Of a DNA stretch of 64,000 nt, positions 1 to 8,127 are shown in pieces. The position numbers and the translations under genes are program-made. Source of the DNA: Gammaproteobacteria bacterium (GTDB lineage: Bacteria; Pseudomonadota; Gammaproteobacteria; Steroidobacterales; GCA-2729495); NCBI GenBank assembly GCA_049290495.1, contig JBATNV010000318.1, positions 4,709 to 68,708 of the forward strand, read 5' to 3'. The notes beneath the pieces were generated by a model that did no database searches, was not told where the DNA came from, and worked only from the letters and a program-made list of their open reading frames with translations. Every line of letters begins with the position of its first letter. The first letter of the stretch is position 1.

Positions 1-415
1 ATATATGCCCCTGGTAGCGCGCAAAGCGCACGCGCTCAAGGCCACGCGCCCAGGACTCGATATCTTGTCGGCTCTTGTCATCGAGGCCCAGATACGCGAT
101 CGGCCCGAACGGGATGGTGGCAAGGTCAGGAAACCTCGGATCCGAAGACCAGTCGAGCTCCGGACTATGGATAAGGATATCTACCGGAATCCGGTCGACG
201 ATCGCCTGGGCTCTGGCCGGATCGGGCGGCGTACCGATCGCTTTCAGAACCAGCTCGGCATGCAGCGAGATATGCGAGCCGACGATTTCACGCAGGTAAT
301 CGGTCTCACGCACCATGCGCACCGCATAAACGGAACCGAAGCCATAGACCAGTGAGGTAATAAAGAACACCCCGACCAGGCGAGCCGACAGCGACCGTGT
401 AATTTCCTTGATCAT
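1..415 (-). CDS. sensor histidine kinase, N-terminal part (gene runs off the window start)
   Basis: Minus-strand frame open from the ATG at 413-415 (MIKEITRSLSARLVGVFFITSLVYGFGSVYAV..., one TM helix) to position 1. ATGA start/stop overlap with the upstream OmpR-type regulator. Absent from the ORF track because no stop lies in the window. Kinase identity rests on operon context only. Confidence 0.5.
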   Translation of the reverse strand, partial: MIKEITRSLSARLVGVFFITSLVYGFGSVYAVRMVRETDYLREIVGSHISLHAELVLKAIGTPPDPARAQAIVDRIPVDILIHSPELDWSSDPRFPDLATIPFGPIAYLGLDDKSRQDIESWARGLERVRFARYQGHI

Positions 416-1110
416 CAGACCGCCGGATCGACGCCAACGAAAGCGTAGCCCGTTCCCCACACCGTCTTGATGAAGCGCGGCTGACGGCTGGTATCACCGA
501 GTTTCTGCCGCAGGCGGCTGACGAGGATGTCGACAGAGCGGGAAAACAGCTGTGCGTCGATACCGCGCAGCTCGTTGAGGATTTCATCGCGGTTGAACGT
601 GCGGCCAGGGTTTGAAGCAAACAGCACGAGGAGTTGATACTCCATCGTGGTCAGGTCCAGCACATTGCCGTCGAGCTCGGCGGTACGTCTTTCGGTATCC
701 ACGAGCAGTGTGCCGAAGCGCAATGTCGTGTCATTCTCCGCCTCCGCTGCCTTGCTCCGTCGCAGTACGCTCTGGATGCGCACCACCAGTTCGCGGGGTT
801 CGAAGGGCTTGGAGAGGTAGTCATCAGCACCGATCTCCAGACCCACGATCCGGTCGGTCACATCACCGCGCGCCGTGAGCATGACCACGGGTATCGAACT
901 GGTCTTGCGGATCGTACGGCAGACATCGAAACCGTCCTGCTCGGGAAGCATGCCATCAAGAATCACGAGATCGGGCTTGTCGCGCTGAATCTTCATCAGG
1001 CCCTCGGACGGGCGCACGGCGTTATCGAGCTGCATGTCGAAACGCTGAAAGTAGGCCTTCAGCAGTTCGCCCAGCTTTTCGTCGTCATCGATGAGCAGAA
1101 TTCGCGTCAT
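415..1110 (-). CDS. OmpR/PhoB-family response regulator
   Basis: 231 aa. Receiver domain (RILLIDDD..DLVILDGMLPEQDG..SKPF) plus winged-helix output (..RFIKTVWGTGYAF). Confidence 0.92.
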   Translation of the reverse strand: MTRILLIDDDEKLGELLKAYFQRFDMQLDNAVRPSEGLMKIQRDKPDLVILDGMLPEQDGFDVCRTIRKTSSIPVVMLTARGDVTDRIVGLEIGADDYLSKPFEPRELVVRIQSVLRRSKAAEAENDTTLRFGTLLVDTERRTAELDGNVLDLTTMEYQLLVLFASNPGRTFNRDEILNELRGIDAQLFSRSVDILVSRLRQKLGDTSRQPRFIKTVWGTGYAFVGVDPAV

Positions 1111-1217
1111 ACGTCACGTTTTTCACCGGCCTGATGCCGTCTAATGCCCGGCTGTCCGGAGCTGTGGGTCAACCTTCAGGACTGATCGTAACCCTTTGTT
1201 AAAAAAAGGGGTTGGGC

Positions 1218-1242
1218 GTTACAAATTGTTACAGCGTGTTAC
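1218..1242. promoter_or_regulatory. three phased GTTAC direct repeats, candidate response-regulator binding site
   Basis: GTTACaaattGTTACagcgtGTTAC with repeat starts at 1218, 1228 and 1238 (exact 10-bp phasing). Lies in the divergent region between the regulator gene and a small ORF. Confidence 0.4.
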
Positions 1243-1327
1243 CGCATTGAAAAGACCGCACAGCCAGCGGCACCTATTCTCTGCACCTCGAAACCGAAGT
1301 AACGATTCTGCACAAGGAGTGCTGACG

Positions 1328-1447
1328 ATGTTGAGGAATTTCATGAATCTGGGCGTAGACGAGTTCGAACTGCTGGGCGAGGTGTTGCTGGCAGCGGTGG
1401 CCGTGACCATCCCGCTCGTAACCCTGCTTCTCTTTCTGGCCAACTGA
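1328..1447 (+). CDS. small hydrophobic peptide (39 aa), hypothetical
   Basis: AAGGAG at 1314-1319, 8 nt before the ATG at 1328. MLRNFMNLGVDEFELLGEVLLAAVAVTIPLVTLLLFLAN has one C-terminal TM segment and is followed by a hairpin. Confidence 0.35.
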   Translation: MLRNFMNLGVDEFELLGEVLLAAVAVTIPLVTLLLFLAN

Positions 1448-1451
1448 TCAG

Positions 1452-1489
1452 GGCGAGTCGGACTGCCGTATATCCGGCTCCGACTCGCC
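1452..1489. terminator. hairpin between convergent genes
   Basis: 11-bp inverted repeat GGCGAGTCGGA (1452-1462) / TCCGACTCGCC (1479-1489). No clear U-tract. Confidence 0.35.
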
Positions 1490-1506
1490 TCTGGTAACCC
1501 TCCGGG

Positions 1507-2361
1507 TCAGCTCTTCCGCCAGCGGCCCCGCGACTCAGCCATCTGCTGCGTACCGATACGCATCTCCAGACGCCGATTAAACTCCTGCTCGCCGAGCACG
1601 CGCTGCGGCAGCACGTTCATCGGATCGGTACGGTAACCGAGTTCACGCACCTTGAAATCGTAGTCCTGCTGGGCAGCGCGCTCGTGCTCCGGCACAGTTT
1701 CCGCATCGTCCAGCCAGCGAAACCAGCGATCGACGAAGCCAACCAGATACTTTTCACAGGTACCGATGTTCTCGTCATTAAGTTCGGCATGCGAACTCGT
1801 GGCGACCGGTGACATCAGCGCACGCAGATAGGTACCGTGACTGACGAAGCGCGTCCAGGTCGGATCGCTGCGGAACTTCAGGAAGTCCTGATTGGCCGGC
1901 TCGTAATACTTGAGCAGATAGTCGTAGTTGGTGCGCAGATCCACCCGCGGCGTGTACTCGGCATAGAAGTAAAGCCTGGGGATGGTGCCGAAGATGATGC
2001 CCAGATGCGGTACTCGGGTCTGCTGACCGAGCATCGCCGTAGCATTCATGTCGAGTATGCTTGCCTTGCGGTTACCGAGCCAGGAGTGCACGAGCCAGTC
2101 CACATCCGGGCCGGTGTAGCCCTTGAAAGCGCCTTCGAGCTGCCCGTCCGGCGAACTCCAGTAGTCCTCCCCCTCGGTCTGTGCGTGACGCTGCACGTCA
2201 AAACGGGCCTGCACACGCTCGACGATCTTCGAGTGAATATTCCAGCAGCGCTCCCAGGCGCGCGAGACATCCACATTGGGATTCTCGGCGAGGAATTCCA
2301 TAATGGTCTTGGTTTCAGTACCTTTGCTCACGGCGGTCGCTACTCCTGTCCTATCGTGCAT
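1507..2361 (-). CDS. hypothetical protein, tentatively ferredoxin-dependent bilin reductase-like
   Basis: ORF 1507..2622 trimmed to the ATG at 2361 (ATG 2301 also possible) so it does not run into the divergent ferredoxin gene. ..RKASILDMNATAMLG..PHLGIIFG..AEYTP.. and C-terminal ..RTDPMNVLPQRVLGEQEF.. resemble the PcyA/PebA/RCCR layout by eye only. Confidence 0.6.
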   Translation of the reverse strand: MHDRTGVATAVSKGTETKTIMEFLAENPNVDVSRAWERCWNIHSKIVERVQARFDVQRHAQTEGEDYWSSPDGQLEGAFKGYTGPDVDWLVHSWLGNRKASILDMNATAMLGQQTRVPHLGIIFGTIPRLYFYAEYTPRVDLRTNYDYLLKYYEPANQDFLKFRSDPTWTRFVSHGTYLRALMSPVATSSHAELNDENIGTCEKYLVGFVDRWFRWLDDAETVPEHERAAQQDYDFKVRELGYRTDPMNVLPQRVLGEQEFNRRLEMRIGTQQMAESRGRWRKS

Positions 2362-2455
2362 AGTGATTTCGCATGGTGGCGCAGTGTAAGCGATACACCG
2401 GTGGCGCCCAACCACGGGGGTTGTGCAGGCGCCGGTCAACACCGACAGGCGAACA

Positions 2456-2842
2456 ATGACTGATACATCATCTCCAGAACGGCTGCTGCAGGCGCGACTT
2501 GAGAAGCTCGCCATCAGCAGTATCCATCGACACATCTTTCTGTGCTGCGACCAGGGCAAGCCGAATTGCTGCTCGCACGAGGAAGGCCTGGTCTCATGGG
2601 AATACCTGAAGAGGCGGCTCAAGGAACTGGGACTGAGCGGTTCGGGCGGCGTCTACCGCACCAAGGCCAACTGCCTGCAGGTCTGTATGCAGGGGCCAAT
2701 TGCGCTCGTCTATCCGGAAGGCATCTGGTATCGCCACTGCACAGCGGAGGTGCTTGAACGCATCATCCAGGAGCACCTGATCGGCGGAGTACCGGTTGCC
2801 GAATTCCAGATCGCCCGTCAGCCACTGTTGCCACCCGGCTGA
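2456..2842 (+). CDS. thioredoxin-like [2Fe-2S] ferredoxin domain protein
   Basis: Cys pattern [12 protein letters not shown] .. [11 protein letters not shown], typical of sucrase/ferredoxin-like 2Fe-2S proteins. ATG at 2456 preferred over the GTG at 2423. Confidence 0.7.
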   Translation: MTDTSSPERLLQARLEKLAISSIHRHIFLCCDQGKPNCCSHEEGLVSWEYLKRRLKELGLSGSGGVYRTKANCLQVCMQGPIALVYPEGIWYRHCTAEVLERIIQEHLIGGVPVAEFQIARQPLLPPG

Positions 2843-2932
2843 TAGTCGGCAAAGCCGCCAGATATCGCGCTCGCCGGGCCGTGGGTGAGCGCTGCATCCT
2901 TCTTCAGTTTTCCAAACTGGAGGAGCGGCAAC

Positions 2933-3166
2933 ATGAATCGTTGTGGACTGAGCCTGGTACTGGCGGTGGTTCTGCTGTGCATCTGCCTGTCACCGGCAAT
3001 CGGTGCGGCACGCAACACTGAGGACAATGTCCGCTGTCTGAAGCTGGAAGCGCGCATCGACGAGATCCGTCTCCGGCAGCGCATGGGCTATACCGCCAAA
3101 CAGGGCCGTCTCTACAAGCAGAAGCTTTCGACGCTGGAAGCAGAGCACCGGGCGAGATGTCGCTGA
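2933..3166 (+). CDS. small secreted protein, hypothetical
   Basis: GGAGGAG at 2919-2925, 7 nt before the ATG at 2933. Signal peptide MNRCGLSLVLAVVLLCICLSPAIGA followed by a basic coiled-coil-like tail. Confidence 0.55.
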   Translation: MNRCGLSLVLAVVLLCICLSPAIGAARNTEDNVRCLKLEARIDEIRLRQRMGYTAKQGRLYKQKLSTLEAEHRARCR

Positions 3167-3634
3167 GTAGGGGCCCGACGATCCGAAGAAATCCAGTCAA
3201 ACCCCGACACGGGACTGGTGACCAGACTGCGACTCGGACCGCCGGGCCTGACCGGTGGTGTCAGCCCGGAGTGTGCGAAACCGGGCTAACAAGAATCTGG
3301 AAGGTGCTGCCTGGAGGCTGTTTTTTACCGTTTGCGACTTGTTGCTCTGGAGCAAAACAGGCGCTTCGTTCAGCAGACGACTCAGAGTATATACAACTGC
3401 CCCATGACTGCACCCCCGAATCACCCGGGCTTTAGACCTGGCGCACTTATGCCTGCCAGGCATGAGCTATCTATTTGTTTTTATTGACTTGTAGCCATGG
3501 ACAAGCCTGCTGCACTTCGGTCTGTTGCAACGCGTAACGAGGCACAAACCGCCTGAATTCCGGGCTTGACATTACCGGTTCGGGTGCAGGAAATCAGAAC
3601 CCGGCCTGGCCGGGCCAACCGCTATGCTGATCGC

Positions 3635-4342
3635 ATGTCCTACGCCCGGCACAAAGCCACGATATTGGTGATTTTCTGTCGCCGCCCCGCCATTGGTATT
3701 GGCAAACAACGGCTGGCCAGCCAGATCGGCGCAGTACCTGCGGCCGACATTGCCACGCTATTGCTCGCCACTACGCTGGAGGACGCTGTCAGCTGGCCAG
3801 GACCGGTGGTCCTTGCGCCGGCTGAGGCAGCAGACTCGGCCTGGGCCGCCACGCTGCTCAAGCGATCGCTGAGTGTCATTCCACAACCCGCCGGCAATCT
3901 CGGTGAACGTCTGCAGACCGTCGATCGCACCGTGCGCGCTGGGCAAGCAGAGGCCGTCATCTATATAGGCAGCGACGCACCGGTCCTGACTGAGAGCGAT
4001 TACAGTGCGGCACGCATGGCGCTGCTGCGCCACGATGTGGTGCTGGCCCCCGCACTGGATGGCGGCGTTACGTTGATGGGCGCGCGATGTCCCTGGCCAG
4101 AACTCGCCGATCTGCCCTGGAGCAGCGAGCGCCTGTATGCGTCACTCAATGAACGCTGCACGACGCACGGGCTCCGCGTCGCCAGCCTGACTGCGGGCTA
4201 CGACGTGGATGTTGCTGCCGACCTGCACCGGCTGTGCGCAGACCTCAAGACTGATCGGCGACCGGCACGACAGATGCTGTACCGGAGACTTTGCAGTCTG
4301 GGATACTCCGCAAATCGGGATTCAGCAGCACAGCGATCATGA
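3635..4342 (+). CDS. DUF2064-type transferase (rSAM/selenodomain-associated transferase 1-like)
   Basis: ILVIFCRRPAIGIGKQRL.. and ..IGSDAP..DGG..L resemble DUF2064/TIGR04282. ATGA overlap with the next gene. Confidence 0.7.
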   Translation: MSYARHKATILVIFCRRPAIGIGKQRLASQIGAVPAADIATLLLATTLEDAVSWPGPVVLAPAEAADSAWAATLLKRSLSVIPQPAGNLGERLQTVDRTVRAGQAEAVIYIGSDAPVLTESDYSAARMALLRHDVVLAPALDGGVTLMGARCPWPELADLPWSSERLYASLNERCTTHGLRVASLTAGYDVDVAADLHRLCADLKTDRRPARQMLYRRLCSLGYSANRDSAAQRS

Positions 4343-5136
4343 GCCTGGCGAACAATGTCTTTGAGATCACGCGGCCGTTGCGCTTGCGTCGCAGCGACGC
4401 CATTGGCCCGTCGGTCAGCGTGATCATTCCGGTGGTCGCTGACAACGAAGCCCTGACGCGTCTTCTCAACCGGCTGCACAGCCTGGAAGGTCCACCAGAC
4501 GAGATCGTGATCGTCGATGGCGGCGCCAGCAGCAGTTGTCGCAGCCTGGCGCGCCGCTTCAGCTGCATTTATGTCAGCGCGCGACGGGGCCGCGGACACC
4601 AGCTGCATGCCGGCGCATTGCGCGCCTCCGGCGATATCCTGTGGTTCGTGCACGCCGATGCCACACCGCCAGACAACGCCCTCGCGCTTATCCGTGCACA
4701 GCACACAGCTGGCTCCGCTGGCGGCTACTTCGGTTTTCGCTTCACCGGCGCCGATGCCTGGCACAAGTCTGCGCTGGCACAGCTCATCAATCTGCGTGCG
4801 CGTTTCGGTACACCGTATGGGGACCAGGGGCTGTTCACGACCAGAAGCGCCTACGATGCAGCTGGCGGTTTCGCCGATGTGCCGCTGTTCGAGGAAGTAT
4901 CGTTGGTACGCGCACTGCGCCGGCATGGCAGTTTCTCCTGCATGCCGGCCGCGATCGGTGTTTCGCCCCGACGCTGGGAACGCGATGGGTGGATCCGGCG
5001 TACGCTCGGCAACCGCCTGCTGGCACTCGGCTACGCCCTGGGAATTCCGCCACACCGCCTGGCCAGGCGCTATCAACCCCTCAGCGACGATAATGATGCA
5101 GTCAATCGCCCCGCTCCGCCGCGCGACGGTGATTGA
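4339..5136 (+). CDS. family-2 glycosyltransferase (rSAM/selenodomain-associated transferase 2-like)
   Basis: VSVIIPVVADNEAL..IVIVDGGSS..WFVHADA..GDQG match a GT2 fold. Translationally coupled on both sides. Confidence 0.8.
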   Translation: MSLANNVFEITRPLRLRRSDAIGPSVSVIIPVVADNEALTRLLNRLHSLEGPPDEIVIVDGGASSSCRSLARRFSCIYVSARRGRGHQLHAGALRASGDILWFVHADATPPDNALALIRAQHTAGSAGGYFGFRFTGADAWHKSALAQLINLRARFGTPYGDQGLFTTRSAYDAAGGFADVPLFEEVSLVRALRRHGSFSCMPAAIGVSPRRWERDGWIRRTLGNRLLALGYALGIPPHRLARRYQPLSDDNDAVNRPAPPRDGD

Positions 5137-5139
5137 GGC

Positions 5140-6057
5140 ATGCGGACGCGTACCGAAACGAGTTGGCTGCAGACCGAAGATGGCACACCGCGGGGCTGGA
5201 TTCAGCCTCATGCGCTCGATGAACTCTGGCTGCACACTGGCACAGCCTGCAATCTCAGCTGCCCGTTCTGCCTCGAAGGTTCGCGACCGGGTGACAATCG
5301 CCTGCAGCGCATCACGCTCAAGGACGCCCGGCCCTTCATCGAAGAGGCGCTGACGCTCGGTGTACGGCAGTTCTCCTTCACCGGCGGGGAGCCCTTCATC
5401 GTGCGCGACTTCGTGCGCATCCTGGACTACGCGAGCCAGTACCGGCCGTGCCTGGTGCTGAGCAACGGCAGCGATGCGCTGTTGAAACGACTGCACCAGG
5501 TCGCAAGACTTAAAAACGCTGCACAGCCGATATCATTTCGCATCAGCATCGACTATCCCGATGAAGCCAGGCACGACGCCGGTCGCGGTGCTGGCAGCTT
5601 CGCCGAGGCACTCGAGTCGCTGCGCGCATTGCAGGGCATGGGCTTTGGCATCTCGATCGCACGACAGATGCCGGCTGATGAAGACAGCGCCGCCGCAGAA
5701 GCAGCGTTTTGCAAGCTGCTGGCCGACAACCGTCTGCCAGCGACCACCCGCATCGTCGCCTTTCCGGATTTCGGCGTTCCTGGTGACGGGCGCAGCGTGC
5801 CGGCAATCACCAGCGACTGCATGACCCGCTACCAGACCGAAACAACGCGCCGGGCCTTCATGTGTGCCTTCAGCAAGATGGTGGTCAAGCAGGCCGGCGA
5901 GATGCGCGTGTATGCCTGCACGCTGGTCGACGACGACCCCGACTATGAGCTTGGCCGCACACTGGCCGCCGCCATGCCGGTCCGCGTCATGCTGCGTCAC
6001 CAGCGCTGCTACAGTTGCTTTCGCTACGGATCGAGCTGCAGCGAACTGGCTGGATAA
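5140..6057 (+). CDS. radical SAM protein with C-terminal Cys-rich domain
   Basis: CNLSCPFC (CX3CX2C) near the N-terminus. C-terminal ..CAFS..YACT..HQRCYSCFRYGSSCSE resembles the DUF3641/TIGR04167 Cys-rich tail. Starts 3 nt after the GT2 stop. Confidence 0.85.
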   Translation: MRTRTETSWLQTEDGTPRGWIQPHALDELWLHTGTACNLSCPFCLEGSRPGDNRLQRITLKDARPFIEEALTLGVRQFSFTGGEPFIVRDFVRILDYASQYRPCLVLSNGSDALLKRLHQVARLKNAAQPISFRISIDYPDEARHDAGRGAGSFAEALESLRALQGMGFGISIARQMPADEDSAAAEAAFCKLLADNRLPATTRIVAFPDFGVPGDGRSVPAITSDCMTRYQTETTRRAFMCAFSKMVVKQAGEMRVYACTLVDDDPDYELGRTLAAAMPVRVMLRHQRCYSCFRYGSSCSELAG

Positions 6058-6107
6058 CGGCCTCGCTGCCACTCACGCCTGTTAACCGGCAACAAGCGAG
6101 GCACCAC

Positions 6108-6581
6108 ATGATTGAAATTGATCCCGCCTGGGCAGGCAAGGTGCAGTTTTACGAACTGGTGTTCGGCATGTGGATGGCCTATGCCTTCCTGGTGCTGCTG
6201 TGGGAGAAGGTTCTCCGCGCGCCGCTGCCTGAATGGCGCTACATGCTGCTCAACTTCATGGGTGGCGGCGCGTTTTGGGTCAACCACTATTTCCAGAAAG
6301 CACCGTTCTGGAGCCTCATGCTCAATCTCTACACCGTGACTTTCCTGGCCGTCTGGTGCTGGCAGGGAATCGGCAGCCATGCGCGCTCATGGGGCTGGAA
6401 AATCGCAGCCTTCATCGGCGCATTCGCCTACACCGTCGTATTCATCGCCTTCGAGCAGATCGCCCGCTACGGCGTTGAGCAGCATGGCGTGAACGAATTC
6501 TGGTTCATGGCGGCAAGTTACCTCGGCTTCATCGCCGTCATCGTCTGGCGTGGCCGCGCCCGGACGGCAAGCCCGGCTTAA
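6108..6581 (+). CDS. integral membrane protein, hypothetical (about 5 TM)
   Basis: 157 aa from the ATG at 6108, Trp/Phe-rich hydrophobic segments, 50 nt downstream of the rSAM gene. Confidence 0.65.
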   Translation: MIEIDPAWAGKVQFYELVFGMWMAYAFLVLLWEKVLRAPLPEWRYMLLNFMGGGAFWVNHYFQKAPFWSLMLNLYTVTFLAVWCWQGIGSHARSWGWKIAAFIGAFAYTVVFIAFEQIARYGVEQHGVNEFWFMAASYLGFIAVIVWRGRARTASPA

Positions 6582-6634
6582 AACAGGCTGGACTGAGCAA
6601 GCCATGCCATGCGCACAGACCAGCCCGAGTGCAC

Positions 6635-7597
6635 TCAGGCCGGGAAGAAGTCGATGGGCTTGGTCGTTGTCACCGGCGGTACGTCCTTCTCGAGGAAGCG
6701 GAACATGCGGATGCGCTGCACGAGCTTGCGCTCCAGCTCCTGGTCCGCGAGTTCGCTCGAGATGATTTCAACCTGCGACACTTCACCTGAAGCTTCGATG
6801 GTGAGCTTCAGCACCAGCTTGCCCTGCAGCTCCGGGTTTTCGCGCAGCGCACGATTGTAGAGCGCATAGATCGCGCCCTTGTTCTGGTCAAACACGCGCT
6901 CGATTTCTTCACGGCTGCGCGAAGCGCGCTGGCCACCGGCCCCACCGTCCTCGCTTGCACCACCGGAACCACCGCCGCCCAGCGCCGCCAAGCCACTGCT
7001 GACCTGCGTAGTGGAGCGGCCGCCCAGGCCCGAACCGCCAGTGTTGCGACTCATGCCCGCGGTATTGATGCCGCCGCTACCGACACCGGCCTTCGAGGTG
7101 ATCAAGGCACGTTCCACCTGCGGTGAATCACCAACCGCGCCGGTATAACTCGTACCACCCGAGGTGATGCTGTTGAGCGCCTTGCTGTCGCGCAATTCGG
7201 CCAGCTGATCCACGAAGGGCAACAGGCCCGCCTTGCCGGCCTTCTCCCGCGCCGTGGTCTTGCGCTCAGCGGCCGGTCGGGTCTTGCTCTCGGTGGCACG
7301 CTCGGTCGGCGGCACCGGTTCCTGTCGTTGCTGCGGCTCTGGCTGCACCACTGGTGGCGGTGGCAGCGGGATTGGCGCGGGCTTTTCAATCAGGAGGCGC
7401 GCGAGACGCGGCGGCACCGACTGCTTCAGCTGTGGGTCACGCTCCGGTAGCGGGAGCAAGGACATGAGGATACACAGTACGAGTGCCGTAACACCGATCC
7501 GCTGGAGGATGGTACGGAAGCGCTGCTCCTGATCGCCCGCATCATCCCAGGGCAGCAGATAGCTGCGGTAGTAGAGGTTGATCTTTGCGGTGCTCAT
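6635..7597 (-). CDS. TonB-like energy transducer with AgmX/PglI-type C-terminal domain
   Basis: N-terminal TM (IGVTALVLCILMSLLPL), Pro-rich PIPLPPPPVVQPEPQQ, Gly/Ser-rich linker. C-terminus: IERVFDQNKGAIYALYNRALRENPELQGKLVLKLTIEASGEVSQVEII... ATGA overlap with the upstream ExbD gene. Confidence 0.85.
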   Translation of the reverse strand: MSTAKINLYYRSYLLPWDDAGDQEQRFRTILQRIGVTALVLCILMSLLPLPERDPQLKQSVPPRLARLLIEKPAPIPLPPPPVVQPEPQQRQEPVPPTERATESKTRPAAERKTTAREKAGKAGLLPFVDQLAELRDSKALNSITSGGTSYTGAVGDSPQVERALITSKAGVGSGGINTAGMSRNTGGSGLGGRSTTQVSSGLAALGGGGSGGASEDGGAGGQRASRSREEIERVFDQNKGAIYALYNRALRENPELQGKLVLKLTIEASGEVSQVEIISSELADQELERKLVQRIRMFRFLEKDVPPVTTTKPIDFFPA

Positions 7598-8124
7598 AAG
7601 GCCGCCACCTGCGGTGAGGCCGGCGCACCGTCCTTCTGCACGACCGCCAGCGAGATCTGGCCGAAATCAGCGGCAGTACAACTCGCCATCACGCGTTTCA
7701 GCAAACGATAAGGCAGTTCACGATCACCGAGGATCGTCACCTCGCGCAGCGCGATATCGGCCTTGGCCTGCTGGATCATCACGCGGTCGGTCTGCTGCCG
7801 AAGCGCAACTTCAAGTGCCGGAATCACTACGCCCTCGCCACTGAGTGCTTCAGCCACGCTCGCAACCGGGCGGCCCTGCACGAGGATGGTGTCGCCAGTC
7901 ACCATCACGACCACGGTCTCCCGTGCCCGTTCCAGTGCCGCAGACTCCGGCAGCTGGATATCCTTCGGATTCGGCAAGACCTCGGTCTCGCCGGAACTGA
8001 CCAGCAGGAAGAACACCAGGATGGTGAAGATATCCATCATGGACACGAGGTTTAGCCCCGTCCCGGAGCGCTTCATCCGCTTGTGGTGGCGCTCCATGCG
8101 GAGCGCCCGGCGTGACATCTGCAT
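7594..8124 (-). CDS. exbD: biopolymer transport protein ExbD/TolR family
   Basis: 176 aa; ..GLNLVSMMDIFTILVFFLLV.. single TM plus periplasmic domain. Confidence 0.9.
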   Translation of the reverse strand: MQMSRRALRMERHHKRMKRSGTGLNLVSMMDIFTILVFFLLVSSGETEVLPNPKDIQLPESAALERARETVVVMVTGDTILVQGRPVASVAEALSGEGVVIPALEVALRQQTDRVMIQQAKADIALREVTILGDRELPYRLLKRVMASCTAADFGQISLAVVQKDGAPASPQVAAL

Positions 8125-8127
8125 GAC

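Noticed and set aside
5-620. ORFs 5-355 (+), 75-299 (+) and 306-620 (-) at the window start
   Set aside because: A minus-strand frame that stays open to position 1, with an ATGA-coupled start at 415 and a TM helix, explains the region better. The listed ORFs are Arg/Ser-rich shadows.
3157-3463. 92-aa and 88-aa ORFs in the long gap before the rSAM cassette
   Set aside because: They are mutually antisense with odd composition, no RBS and no motifs. The region is treated as non-coding (see finding).
4198-5496. 432-aa minus-strand ORF across the GT2 and rSAM genes
   Set aside because: Antisense shadow. The plus-strand genes carry clear GT2 and CX3CX2C radical-SAM motifs and are translationally coupled.
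5140-6057. Possible selenocysteine (in-frame TGA plus SECIS) in the 'selenodomain' radical SAM gene
   Set aside because: The frame is uninterrupted and ends at a TAA after ..GSSCSELAG, so this copy is the all-Cys form. No recoding is needed.
6586-6625. Imperfect long-loop inverted repeat GGCTGGaCTG ... CAGaCCAGCC between convergent genes
   Set aside because: It has one mismatch, a 20-nt loop and no U-tract, so support is too weak to call a terminator.
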